The notes beneath the pieces are model-generated. The model was not told the DNA's origin, did no database searches, and saw nothing but the letters and a program-made list of their open reading frames with translations. This document shows positions 26,611 through 36,007 of a stretch of DNA of 58,481 bases, piece by piece (position 1 is the stretch's first letter; each line of letters starts with the position of its first letter). The stretch comes from Thermoplasmata archaeon (GTDB lineage: Archaea > Thermoplasmatota > Thermoplasmata > Lutacidiplasmatales > UBA184). The translations under genes were made by a program, and so were the position numbers. The DNA lies in assembly GCA_028864975.1 (NCBI GenBank), contig JAGWLG010000022.1:1-58481 (forward strand). Reading direction: 5' to 3'.

Positions 26611-27744
26611 CTAGGGGAGGAGTCCGCTAAGGTCGGGAGGGAGCGGAATGCCCTCGGGAGCGAGCGACGGTGGAAGGCCCGTGCCCTGCGAGTAGGCGGG
26701 AAAGAGGGGTTCGAAGCCATCGGCGGTGAGGATGGCACTCCCCCCCGGTGAGAGGAGCGTCGTCACGAAGAGGTCCCCCAGGGTGGCGTTCGGAGCGTTC
26801 GAGGGAACGGTGACCGCGTAGGCCACCGGTGCCCCGACCACCTTCTGGGTCCCTCCCGAGGAGGTCAGGACCGCCGTGCTAGCTTGCGCGTAGAAGGAGA
26901 TGTCGCTCCCATCGAGCTGCCCGAGCGCCACGCGGGGGTCGAAGGCCACGAAGCTCAGGTGGTGGGTGATCGCGTAGGACCGATAGGTGATGAACACCTG
27001 GACCGTGTGGGCTGCGAGGAGGCTCGCCACTTGGGTCTCCGGCTCGACCTTGGCGTTCGTCGGACTGGGCGTGGCGAGCGTACCGATCGCCCCCGAGAAG
27101 AAGTGCTGGTAGAGCGAAGGGACCCCGCCCTGGAGAAGCTGGTCCTCCAGCTGCAGCACGAAGATCTCGTTGTAGCCGTTGGGGTCGGCGCTGGCGTTGG
27201 CGACCCCCATTACGACCCCGGACCGCTCCACCAGGGTGGGCCAGTTCGTGGCATTGATGCCCGAGAGCGCACCCGCTGAGGGGTCGTAGCAGAGGACCTC
27301 GGGATTGGAAGCGAAGACGAGCTCCCACCCGGCGTACTTCGGCTCGAGCACCTGGGGGATCAAGCGGAAGTCCGCCGTAGCGGCCACGTCGAAGCTCCCG
27401 GAGACGGGGGGGAGGAGCTGGTCAAGCGCCGCGATGCTCCCCTGGTAGGTCTGCGCGGAGGGGGGGTCCTGCGCCCCGGGTGTGTCGTTCACGAGCAGAC
27501 TGCCCACCTGACCGAAGGCGGTCGCGAGGGTCCCGGCCGCGGCCACCGAGAGGGCCGGGGAGCCCGCGGCAGGGGTGGAAGGGACCGGAGCGGGGCGGAG
27601 CTCGAACCCGGCGAAGGCCCCCCCCAAGAGACAGAGCAGGGCGATCCCCAGGACCCAGACGAGGGCGAACTTCTGCATGAGCGATGTGGGATTTACCCAC
27701 ATCGTATGAGGGTTGCGCAGGCGCGCGCTTGCGTTTCCGTCCAA
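26611..27744 (-). CDS. wtpA: Molybdate/tungstate substrate-binding protein (WtpA-like)
   Basis: AAGTL, ADPNGYN and YRSYA motifs; N-terminal membrane anchor; start uncertain (27744/27702/27678). Confidence 0.8.
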   Translation of the reverse strand: MDGNASARLRNPHTMWVNPTSLMQKFALVWVLGIALLCLLGGAFAGFELRPAPVPSTPAAGSPALSVAAAGTLATAFGQVGSLLVNDTPGAQDPPSAQTYQGSIAALDQLLPPVSGSFDVAATADFRLIPQVLEPKYAGWELVFASNPEVLCYDPSAGALSGINATNWPTLVERSGVVMGVANASADPNGYNEIFVLQLEDQLLQGGVPSLYQHFFSGAIGTLATPSPTNAKVEPETQVASLLAAHTVQVFITYRSYAITHHLSFVAFDPRVALGQLDGSDISFYAQASTAVLTSSGGTQKVVGAPVAYAVTVPSNAPNATLGDLFVTTLLSPGGSAILTADGFEPLFPAYSQGTGLPPSLAPEGIPLPPDLSGLLP

Positions 27745-27796
27745 GCGTTGCGGTCGTTCGGGGCCAAGGGGGCGGCTGCTTCCAAAGTGATAGTGT

Positions 27797-27815
27797 TATC
27801 CCTTTTAACGGGATA
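27797..27815. promoter_or_regulatory. Inverted repeat straddling a TATA box upstream of the HxlR gene
   Basis: TATCCC-TTTTAAC-GGGATA; TTTTAA lies ~20 nt before ATG 27824. Confidence 0.6.
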
Positions 27816-27823
27816 GTCAAGCC

Positions 27824-28264
27824 ATGACGTCGACCTCCGCGACCGCGGCGGCCACCTCCACCTCGGTCCTGTCCCCCTCGACCGCCTACCCGACCCGCCG
27901 CTCCCGGGGCTGTCCCTTGGAGGACCTGATGGCGTTCCTCGGGAAGCCGTACGTCCTCGACATCCTCCGTATCTTCTCGGAGGAGCCTGGGCCTCACCGG
28001 TTCCTCGACCTTCAGCGTCGTCTCGAACTCTCTCCGAACACGCTCACGTCCCGCCTTCGCGACCTCGTGGGGGCGGGGTTCCTCACCCGGACCGCCTACG
28101 CCGAGATCCCTCCCCGCGTGGACTACCAGGGAACGGCGAAGACCGCCCAGCTCGAGGAGATCTTCGAGCAGCTCGGGGAGTGGGCCCGTCGTAACGACCT
28201 GCGGCCGATGCCGGTGGCCGCTCGGTCCCGCAGGGTCCGGGGACTCGGCCAGGTCGCCCGCTAG
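27824..28264 (+). CDS. HxlR-family winged-helix regulator
   Basis: CPLEDLMAFLGKPY, RF.DLQRRL.LSPNTLTSRLRDL and YAEIPPRVDY motifs. Confidence 0.92.
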   Translation: MTSTSATAAATSTSVLSPSTAYPTRRSRGCPLEDLMAFLGKPYVLDILRIFSEEPGPHRFLDLQRRLELSPNTLTSRLRDLVGAGFLTRTAYAEIPPRVDYQGTAKTAQLEEIFEQLGEWARRNDLRPMPVAARSRRVRGLGQVAR

Positions 28265-28571
28265 TTCGGTCGTTCCATCAGTGACCTTTGGCCTCGGGAA
28301 CCACCTTCAACCGCCGCGCGCGCCTCCCTGGGACTCGCACGACGCCTTGGCGGTCGCCCGCGAGCGATGCTGGTGGTGGGTGGTCTCGCTCTCGGCCCCC
28401 CTCCGACCGCACGAAAGCTCCCAGAGACGTGCGCAGTTTTCGCGGTGCTCTATGGAGACCCTCGTGGAGTGAGGAAATGGACGCCGCTATTCGCTCCACG
28501 ATCCCCGACGGGTCAGTCCCGGCCCGTCAGATTCAAGGCAAGTGTTGCATCCACTTCCTCGAGCTCCCTGG

Positions 28572-29222
28572 ATGTCCCCGCTCTTTCTTGGCCAACAGGG
28601 GCCCGCCTCTGGGCGAGATGACCAGCTCTCCGAGCTGAAGCGCGCTTGGCCGAAGGCCCGTTTGCTGCTTCGTCTCAGGGGTCCGAAAGCGTGCAAGACC
28701 TTCGATCAGCAGGCTTCGCTTCACGCGTCGAACGCGGTCCGCTTCCTGCGCCGTCGGGATCTTGTCCAAGCTGAGCTGGAGCTTCAGGCCGCCCTCGTAG
28801 CGGCTCAGAAGAGCGAGGGAAAGAGGGACACGTCAGCGTTGCGTTCGGTCCTGACCCGCGTCCGGCGGGGCATCTACCTGCCGGAGTACGAGGCCGCGCT
28901 GGAGGCCGCGAGCTCCGCCACCACGCGCGACGCGACCGTGTTCCATCTGAGACGGGCGCGGCGGGTCGCGGAACTCTTGGGCAACTCGGAGGATGTGAGG
29001 TGGGTGGACAGCATGATCGAGGGTCCTAGCCTGCGACCGTCCGGCTCCACGCCTACGGCCACATCTATCGCCGTAGGGTCCTCCGCCGAGGATTCTCTCG
29101 CGATCCGAAAGAGCCTCGCTGGACCTCGACCGCTCAGTATCAAGGAACAGCGTGCACAGTTCCAGCGAGTCGCGAACGAGTCTCGGGCTTACACGAGCAG
29201 GCGTCTGAAACGGCGTCGCTAG
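28572..29222 (+). CDS. Hypothetical helical protein
   Basis: Amphipathic Ala/Leu/Arg-rich helices; start uncertain. Confidence 0.5.
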   Translation: MSPLFLGQQGPASGRDDQLSELKRAWPKARLLLRLRGPKACKTFDQQASLHASNAVRFLRRRDLVQAELELQAALVAAQKSEGKRDTSALRSVLTRVRRGIYLPEYEAALEAASSATTRDATVFHLRRARRVAELLGNSEDVRWVDSMIEGPSLRPSGSTPTATSIAVGSSAEDSLAIRKSLAGPRPLSIKEQRAQFQRVANESRAYTSRRLKRRR

Positions 29223-29298
29223 CTCTACCTCGGCCCGACGAACGAAGGGTGAGTCGCATTCACCCTGGGGTCCCTCTCGCCGTCACAACACCGAGCGG

Positions 29299-31044
29299 TC
29301 ATCCCTGGCGCGTGAACCGATAGCGGTAGCCCCGCTGGAAATCGCCCTCTCGGACCACCGTCCCGCCCGGCACCTTCCATTGAGGGGGATCGGGCATCCG
29401 CTCCGGCTTCCCGTCCTCTAGATCGCTCAGCTCCGAGTCCAGGTACTCGTAGTCGGTGGAGACCTCCGGCTCGAGGTGACCTTCGGTGAGCAGCGTGCTC
29501 AGCAGGAGAAGGCCCGAAGGCCTGCCTCTCCAGCGTGTGGCGTGGAACGACGCTCGGGCCACGGGTTCGCTCACGACCACGTCCCTCAGCGTGCGATAGA
29601 CCGCGCGCTGACGGTAGTCCTTCGGCGGTGGGGGAAGGTGCTGCTTGGCCCGAGCGAGCTCACGGAGAAGGGCGCCCCAGGACTCCGAGGTGCGTTCCTG
29701 CGCTTCCCAGGGGTTGCCGCCGTCCGCCATCGCCGGAACCCCCTCGGCCCCGAGAGAGGAGGAGGCTGCCGCGAGAGCCTCGGTCGCCGGGACCCCAGGG
29801 ACCGCGGCGGGAAGGGTGAGGCGTTGAAGGTGGAGGGTGTAGGAGAGCGCAGCTCCGCTCGAGCCCGGTGGGGGCGGGCGAACGGTCACGAGCTCGCAGT
29901 CAGGGTAGCGGTTCGGATGGAGCAGCACGAAGGGCCCACGCTCCGGCCCGTCCAAGAGGAGACCCAACGCCTGGTTGATGTTCTCCACCTGTCGACGTTG
30001 GGCGAGCTCGCTCAGCCGGACGAGCGCGATGCGGGCGGCGCCGGGAACGTGAGGATGCAGGGCCAGGTCATCGAGGATCGCCTGCGCGGCCTCGGCGGCC
30101 CAGGTCTGCGCTGGAGGCCGCTCCAGATAGTGCTCCTCCTTCCTCCCCCGCCCCAGGTGCTTGAGCAGCTTCCCGGAGAGCGGAGGAGCGTCGTGCCCCC
30201 CGTGAGCGAGCGTCAAGAGCCGTCGGACCAGCCAAGGTTGCAGCCGTCCCCCCGCGGCGCGGGAGTCCGCGAAGAGCCCACCCCACCTCTCGGGCATGCC
30301 GGTGGACCACCCGGAGAGGGTCGGGCTTTCCCGATACCATTGAAGGACAAGTCCCCGGAAGAATGCGCCGGAGATCGCGAGGTCGTCCGTTTCCTGCTTG
30401 ACGCGCTCGAGCAGCGCCCGAGAGCGCTCGCGTAGCTGGACGCGGATCGCCTCCTCGTTGAAGCTCTCCCGCGAGATCTCCACGAGAGGCAGCGCGTTGA
30501 GCTCGACCAGGTCGAAGCGCTCGGCGGCGTCCATCGCGAGGAGTCGTCGCACGTCGTCGTTCTGGACCGGTCCGCCGAAGCGACGTGGGACGAGGGGGGA
30601 GGGGGGCGCGCTCGGGCGCGGGGGCGCGACCGGCGTCGTGAGGAGGGGAGGTGCGGGCGCGGGTGCGGCCGAGGGCAACAACGTCGCGCCGGCTCCCGCG
30701 ATGAGGGGAAGGTTAGAGGGAACCGTCGCGCCAGACGGGAGGGACGCCCCCGGCCCGGTCGACGTCCCCCCCGCCGACGCGGGGGTCGCTGCCATCGAGG
30801 AGGGCGGAGGTGCAAGCGCCATCGGAGGAGGCGGGGGTGGTGGCGAAGGAGGTGGGGGTGGGGTCGCGGGGAGTGCCGAAGGCGGAAGCTCGGTCACCCT
30901 CGCAGGTCGGTGCCGCTCCAGCTCCCGCAGGCGCGAGGCCTCCGACTCTCGAAGGCGGCGCTCCCGTTCCCACTTTTGCCACTGCTCCTCCCGCCGGCGT
31001 CGGCGGTCGGCCTCGAGCAAGTGGACCGCAGATTCTGGGGACAT
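29299..31044 (-). CDS. Hypothetical protein: charged coiled coil, long Pro-rich linker, globular C-terminal domain
   Basis: RRRRREEQWQKWERERRLRE, PPPPPSPPPPPPP, then ~400 aa of ordered-looking sequence; start uncertain. Confidence 0.7.
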   Translation of the reverse strand: MSPESAVHLLEADRRRRREEQWQKWERERRLRESEASRLRELERHRPARVTELPPSALPATPPPPPSPPPPPPPMALAPPPSSMAATPASAGGTSTGPGASLPSGATVPSNLPLIAGAGATLLPSAAPAPAPPLLTTPVAPPRPSAPPSPLVPRRFGGPVQNDDVRRLLAMDAAERFDLVELNALPLVEISRESFNEEAIRVQLRERSRALLERVKQETDDLAISGAFFRGLVLQWYRESPTLSGWSTGMPERWGGLFADSRAAGGRLQPWLVRRLLTLAHGGHDAPPLSGKLLKHLGRGRKEEHYLERPPAQTWAAEAAQAILDDLALHPHVPGAARIALVRLSELAQRRQVENINQALGLLLDGPERGPFVLLHPNRYPDCELVTVRPPPPGSSGAALSYTLHLQRLTLPAAVPGVPATEALAAASSSLGAEGVPAMADGGNPWEAQERTSESWGALLRELARAKQHLPPPPKDYRQRAVYRTLRDVVVSEPVARASFHATRWRGRPSGLLLLSTLLTEGHLEPEVSTDYEYLDSELSDLEDGKPERMPDPPQWKVPGGTVVREGDFQRGYRYRFTRQG

Positions 31045-31400
31045 GGAGAACGAGGGCCAACGGCGCGCCCTCAGATGCGAGAGGGCGTTCCGCGGGCTTA
31101 ACAGTTTCTGCGCGGCAGGTGACGACGCGCACTCTACGCGTTCGAAGCGCACCTCGACGCGGAAGTGGCGATGCGCCTGGATACGTTGAAATACATCGCA
31201 GGACATAGGGTCACACGAAGCACGCAGCTCGGAGAATTCTCGAGGTGCGCGTCTCTGTTCTCTATCAGGAGCGGAAGCGCGATCCCCGAGGCCCCGAGAG
31301 CGGGCCTCACCCCTGTTCTCGTCGATGAGGGTGTCGTGCGGGCCGACCGCACGTCGGCCGAGTCGCCGGGACGGTTCTGATCGATCCAGGAGGAACAACG

Positions 31401-32225
31401 ATGGACCCTGTGGAGGTCGCCATCCTCGGCGCGGTGGCGAGCGGTTGCGCGCTCTCCTTCGCCATCATCGCCTGGGCGCTCTACTCGAGGTTCCTCGTCG
31501 TCGCTCCTCCCAGCCGTGCGTTGGTGATCTTCGGGCGCTCGTCGTCCAAGCGGCAACAGAAGGACCCGCTGGGGAGGACGTCGCGGATCGGAGAGGCGAA
31601 GTTCGTGGTCGGGGGCGCCGCGTTCATCTTCCCATGGACCCACAGCTCGGCGACGCTCTCGCTCGGGACCCTCGACGTCGACGTCCCGGTGCGGGCGAAC
31701 CTCCTCTCGGCAGGGGAGGCGGTAACGCGGGTCGACCTGAGGATCGGGGCCCAGGTCAAGATCTCGAGCGACCCCGAAGGGCTGCGCTCCGCCGCGGAGA
31801 ACCTCCTCGGGAAGAGCGAGGTCGAGATCCGTGGCCTGGTCCGCAGCGTGATCGAGGGCCATGCCCACTCCGTCCTCGCCCGGATCAGCGCCTACCTGCT
31901 CGAGGCCGAACGCGAGAAGGTGGCAGCCGAGCTCCAGGTCCTGTCGGCCACCGACCTGGTCGCGATGGGCATCGTCGTCCAGTCCATGGGGATCAAGGAG
32001 ATCGTCCGTGTCCCGGTCAATGCTGGCCCAGCGCCCAGCGCGGAGCACCTCGCCGAGGCCCTCACGTCCAAGGACCTGGACCGGACCCTTTGGGAGATCT
32101 CCTCGCGGTTGCGCAAGCTGGAACAGAAGCTCTCCGAGCTCGACCGCCGGGCCCGTACGCCGGAGATCCTCCCGCTCGTCCAAGACCTGACCGGCGCCTC
32201 CTCCCGGGTAGGTGACCTCCGATGA
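31401..32225 (+). CDS. Flotillin-like SPFH domain membrane protein (short)
   Basis: N-terminal TM; ALVIFGR, GGAAFIFP, AQVKIS, AAENLLGK, VIEGH and MGIVVQSMGIKEI motifs; AGGAGG RBS. Confidence 0.85.
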   Translation: MDPVEVAILGAVASGCALSFAIIAWALYSRFLVVAPPSRALVIFGRSSSKRQQKDPLGRTSRIGEAKFVVGGAAFIFPWTHSSATLSLGTLDVDVPVRANLLSAGEAVTRVDLRIGAQVKISSDPEGLRSAAENLLGKSEVEIRGLVRSVIEGHAHSVLARISAYLLEAEREKVAAELQVLSATDLVAMGIVVQSMGIKEIVRVPVNAGPAPSAEHLAEALTSKDLDRTLWEISSRLRKLEQKLSELDRRARTPEILPLVQDLTGASSRVGDLR

Positions 32226-32521
32226 CCGGAACGAGCCCCCTGCGGATCCAGAGCGTTCGGGAAGCGGCAGCCTGCCGATCTCCGAACGCCTCCTCCCTCG
32301 CGGAGACCCCGCGGCCCCTGGCCGCGCGCGGCGCCCGCTCGCCTCCAACATCCCACGCCTGAAGGGGTCGGGTCCCCAGAGCCTCTGGGGGCACCGAAGC
32401 CCGAGATCGAGGCCGAGTTAGCCCAGCTCAGCGGAGCTGAGGTCCCGTCCCCTTCAGGCACGAACCGAACGGAGAAACCAACGAGGAGCGGAAGCTCGAA
32501 CAGAGGAGGAAAGAGAAGACC

Positions 32522-33541
32522 ATGCCAGCAGCGATACTCGGCGACCGAGCGTGCGGAAAGACGACCTTTCTGGGACTGCTCTACGCGGCCCAGGTGAAGT
32601 ACGGAACGAGGGTACTGGATTCCTTCCGGTTCCACGCTCCGCTACAGTCCCTGAGGCTCATGAGCCAGGTCTACGAAGGGATGAAGGACGCCAGATTCCC
32701 CGGAGCGACCCTGAAGGACGAGATGACGCACATCAGCTTCGTCTTCGGGTACAGGAAGGCGGTCTCCGGGCGACTCCCTATGTACATGAAAGAACGGAAC
32801 TGGGTGCATCCATTCGCGAAGCTCAACTTCGCGGCCTACGATGTCTCGGGCGAGGATGTCCAGGAGTTCATCGACAGCGGGGTCGCCGCGAGCCCGATCA
32901 TCCAGCAGCTCCTGAAGAGCCACGTGGTCGTGATCCTCGTGGACTGCTCGAAGATGACCACCGAGATCGACTCCCCGCAGTTCAAGCACATGCTGAAGTA
33001 CGACAGCGAGGTCGCCTCGCTCCTGGTCTCGCTCCAGACCTACAAGCGCCAGGAGTTCAGCCGCATGCGCTCGCAGGGGCTGAACGTCGGGGACCCGATC
33101 ATCTACCCGGCGATCGTCCTCTCGAAGTTCGACTCGATCCGCGACGATGTCCTCGTGAAGCTCGGGCTCCACCGGGGCGTACCCTCCGGGGACCAGAAGC
33201 GGAAGAGGAAGGAGTACGCGGAAGCGCTGCTCCGGGTCTTCCTTCCGCAGACGCTCTCCCAACTGAGAGGCGGGAAGGTCGCGGGGGTCAACTTCGACCA
33301 AGCGGCCTACTTCTTCAGCTGGGTGCGGACCGAGACCTCGGAGGCCGGGATGGCCCCTGTGGGACCTCCTCGCATCGTGCGGAAGGAGTTCAGCGCGGAG
33401 GGCGGAGCGGAACCCGACTTCTCCTACGACGACTACGTGGCCTTCATCGAGCACTTCCGCAACGTCGCGAACAAGGTGCCCGACGAGGTCGTGGAGCGGG
33501 AAAATGTCCAGCAGTCCCAACCCGAGCCTGTCCCCGCTTAG
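32522..33541 (+). CDS. TRAFAC-class P-loop GTPase (double-GTPase-system-like)
   Basis: G1 GDRACGKT, G3 DVSG, G4 SKFD. Confidence 0.8.
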   Translation: MPAAILGDRACGKTTFLGLLYAAQVKYGTRVLDSFRFHAPLQSLRLMSQVYEGMKDARFPGATLKDEMTHISFVFGYRKAVSGRLPMYMKERNWVHPFAKLNFAAYDVSGEDVQEFIDSGVAASPIIQQLLKSHVVVILVDCSKMTTEIDSPQFKHMLKYDSEVASLLVSLQTYKRQEFSRMRSQGLNVGDPIIYPAIVLSKFDSIRDDVLVKLGLHRGVPSGDQKRKRKEYAEALLRVFLPQTLSQLRGGKVAGVNFDQAAYFFSWVRTETSEAGMAPVGPPRIVRKEFSAEGGAEPDFSYDDYVAFIEHFRNVANKVPDEVVERENVQQSQPEPVPA

Positions 33542-34427
33542 TGCGGTGGACGCCCTTCCGGGGCTCCCCGCCCAGACCCAACCCGTTCTCCTGGCGGCCC
33601 CGGGGGTCTCCCCCGGGGTCGGGGAGGCCTCCGAGATCGGGCTCGAGCACTGGATCTACGGGGTCTCTCCCGACAAGGGGTACGGCACGCGGGCGGTCTC
33701 CTCGGGACTCAACCCCCAGCTCTACATCCGCCACCTCGCGGGGCACTTCACCCCCGTGCGGGTGGAGAAGACGACCAGCGGGTCCACAGTGATCGATGCC
33801 CGGATGATCCACCCGGCGAACGCCGCCGGGGAGCTCATCCTCTCGATCCTGGGTCGGGGAGCGGCAGACGAGTACAATCGGCCGACCATCCAGAACCACA
33901 CGGTCATCGTCCCCCAGAGCCTGCTGCGCAGCGGCCGGCTCACCTTGGCCAGCGTGGAGAAGGCCGCGGTCGACTACGACCGTCTCCATCCCACGATCTG
34001 CGGGACGATGGAGCCGCTCTTCGCGCGCATCCAGGCGCCCTCCGAGACCCTGGGAGGAGCGGTCCCGGTGATCCGACGACTGATGACCAAGGCCGCGATG
34101 GACACGTTGGTCACGCGCATCCTGGGCGACCCCCACGGGAGGACGCTCGTGCTCTGCCGAGGCGCGACGAACGAGGCGCGGAACGAGCTCCTCTACGCCA
34201 TCGTCGAGACGCTGTGCCTCGACGCGGAGGTGCCGTTGTTCCCCTGTATCAGCGACGCCCCCACGCTGAGCGCCATGAACCACTTCCGTCTGGCAACGGC
34301 TTCTCGAGGGGTCCGCGCGGACGCGAGCTGGATGCTGCTGGACGCGAGCATCGAGAAGGCCGCGCTCCCGACGCTCCGCTCGAAGGCGTTGATCTACGCC
34401 CGGGTGGCGTCGGCGTACGGGCTGTGA
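33504..34427 (+). CDS. GTPase-associated protein, GAP1-N-like
   Basis: HWIYG...GYGTRAVSSG and DEYNRPTIQNH resemble GAP1-N1/N2 motifs; overlaps the GTPase stop. Confidence 0.6.
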   Translation: MSSSPNPSLSPLSAVDALPGLPAQTQPVLLAAPGVSPGVGEASEIGLEHWIYGVSPDKGYGTRAVSSGLNPQLYIRHLAGHFTPVRVEKTTSGSTVIDARMIHPANAAGELILSILGRGAADEYNRPTIQNHTVIVPQSLLRSGRLTLASVEKAAVDYDRLHPTICGTMEPLFARIQAPSETLGGAVPVIRRLMTKAAMDTLVTRILGDPHGRTLVLCRGATNEARNELLYAIVETLCLDAEVPLFPCISDAPTLSAMNHFRLATASRGVRADASWMLLDASIEKAALPTLRSKALIYARVASAYGL

Positions 34428-34566
34428 GCCAGAACACGAAAGGACGCTAGGACCGAGGGCCTTCGACCGCCCCCGGAGGAGGGGAGACCTCCCTCTCCCC
34501 GACCCCCCGGGCCGAAGGTAGGTCGGAGGCCCTCCAAGAACTTCGACGAGCCGAGATGGGGAGACC

Positions 34567-35487
34567 ATGGCACCTGCGGTCATCCTGAGCGATCGGGCCT
34601 CCGGGACCACGACGTTCCTGGGGCTCCTTTACGCCGCCCTGGTCCGCTGGGGCTCGCAGTCGCCCGAGGGCTTCCGCGTGCACGCCTCCCACGCCTCGAT
34701 CCGCGCGCTCAAGGACATCTACGCCTCGCTGATGGACGGCCACTTTCCCCCTGACGGGGTGGAACTTCGGCGCGAGGACCTTTCCTTCGTGCTGGGGTAT
34801 GCTTCCTCCGGTCATGGCTGGCTCTCGTCGTCGGGCCGGGCGAGCGAGCTCCAGTTGCATGTCGCCTCGCTGGACACGATGGGCGAGCTTCGAGGCCGAT
34901 CCTTCGTCTGGGACCAGGGGCTGCGCGAGAAGCTCGCGAGCCAGGTCGCGGTGGTGCTCGTGGACGCGGGACGGCTGCCGGTGGAGACCGACTCGCTCTC
35001 CGACAAGGCCTACCACCCTTGGAGGAAATTCGATGCCCTGGTCGCAAGCTCGCTCGCGCTCCTCGAGACCTATCAACGAACGGACCGACTGCACCGCCGT
35101 GCGCGGCTGCATCCGATCTTCGTCCTGACGAAGTTCGATACGCTCCCGTCGGAGCTGCGGCACGGGACGCTCGGGGGCCTCGTCCCCTCCCCCCTCGCGA
35201 CGGCGGCGAGGGCGACCTGGGGGGAGGACCTCCTCGCCGGCCGACTCCCCCAGACCTGGGCGGTCCTTCAGGAGGGGGGACACGGGGTCCAGTTCGAGCG
35301 GCCCCTTTGGTTCACCAGCTGGGTGGGGACCGAGCGCGGCCCTCACGGAGAGCTGAGGGTGCGCCGGCACCAGACCGCGAGCGTCGGCGGATGGGAGCCG
35401 GACTATCCGTATGTGGAGTTCGAGTCGCTCCTGTCCCACCTTCACAAGCTCGCGAGCCGTGTAGGGGACCCGCTCCTGGCGACCTGA
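34567..35487 (+). CDS. Degenerate GTPase paralog (pseudo-GTPase)
   Basis: G1 SDRASGTT, no DxxG, G4 TKFD retained; shares TTFLGLLYAA, SWV.TE and EPD..Y with 32522-33541. Confidence 0.8.
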   Translation: MAPAVILSDRASGTTTFLGLLYAALVRWGSQSPEGFRVHASHASIRALKDIYASLMDGHFPPDGVELRREDLSFVLGYASSGHGWLSSSGRASELQLHVASLDTMGELRGRSFVWDQGLREKLASQVAVVLVDAGRLPVETDSLSDKAYHPWRKFDALVASSLALLETYQRTDRLHRRARLHPIFVLTKFDTLPSELRHGTLGGLVPSPLATAARATWGEDLLAGRLPQTWAVLQEGGHGVQFERPLWFTSWVGTERGPHGELRVRRHQTASVGGWEPDYPYVEFESLLSHLHKLASRVGDPLLAT

Positions 35488-35529
35488 GGGCGAACGGGGT
35501 CCGACCGACCCCAAGCCCAGAGACCTCGC

Positions 35530-35880
35530 TCAGAGGCCGAACTGGTTCCTCAGGAAGGAGAACGCGACATTGCCCTTCTGAGAGTGGAACGCCACCTGCG
35601 GGGCCTCCGCCGGAGGGATCCTCCGAGCGTCGCGTGTTTGGAGCGCGCTCACAAGCCGGTCGTACCGGATCCGGATCGTCACGTCCCGCTCTTGCACGCT
35701 CCCCGCGAAGGAGGAGACCCTCCCCACCGAGTCCGCGGCGAGGGTCAGGGGGCCCCGGTCCGTCTCGAACACCCACGTCTGGGGCAGGTAGCTCCGGACC
35801 ATGGGGGCCATGGGTCCTGAGATCACGGCGTTCAGCTCGGCCTGGAGCAATCCCAGGATCGGTGCGAACGGTCCTTGCAT
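35530..35880 (-). CDS. Hypothetical protein, possibly SCP2-like fold
   Basis: TWVFETDRG...DVTIRI pattern; start uncertain. Confidence 0.55.
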   Translation of the reverse strand: MQGPFAPILGLLQAELNAVISGPMAPMVRSYLPQTWVFETDRGPLTLAADSVGRVSSFAGSVQERDVTIRIRYDRLVSALQTRDARRIPPAEAPQVAFHSQKGNVAFSFLRNQFGL

Positions 35881-36007
35881 TGGGGTCTCCCAAGCCCTCC
35901 ATTCCTCGTCCCGAGATGAACTCTCTGCACGAGGAACGGGGCAGGACTGCACTCGGTCGTCCCGGCCTCGTCCTTCGGAACGTACCTCCACCACGTTGGG
36001 GGAGGCG

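Noticed and set aside
28278-28570. Short ORFs between HxlR and the 28572 gene
   Set aside because: Several competing frames, none protein-like.
32226-32521. Small ORFs between the SPFH and GTPase genes
   Set aside because: Low-complexity translations with no motif or convincing start.
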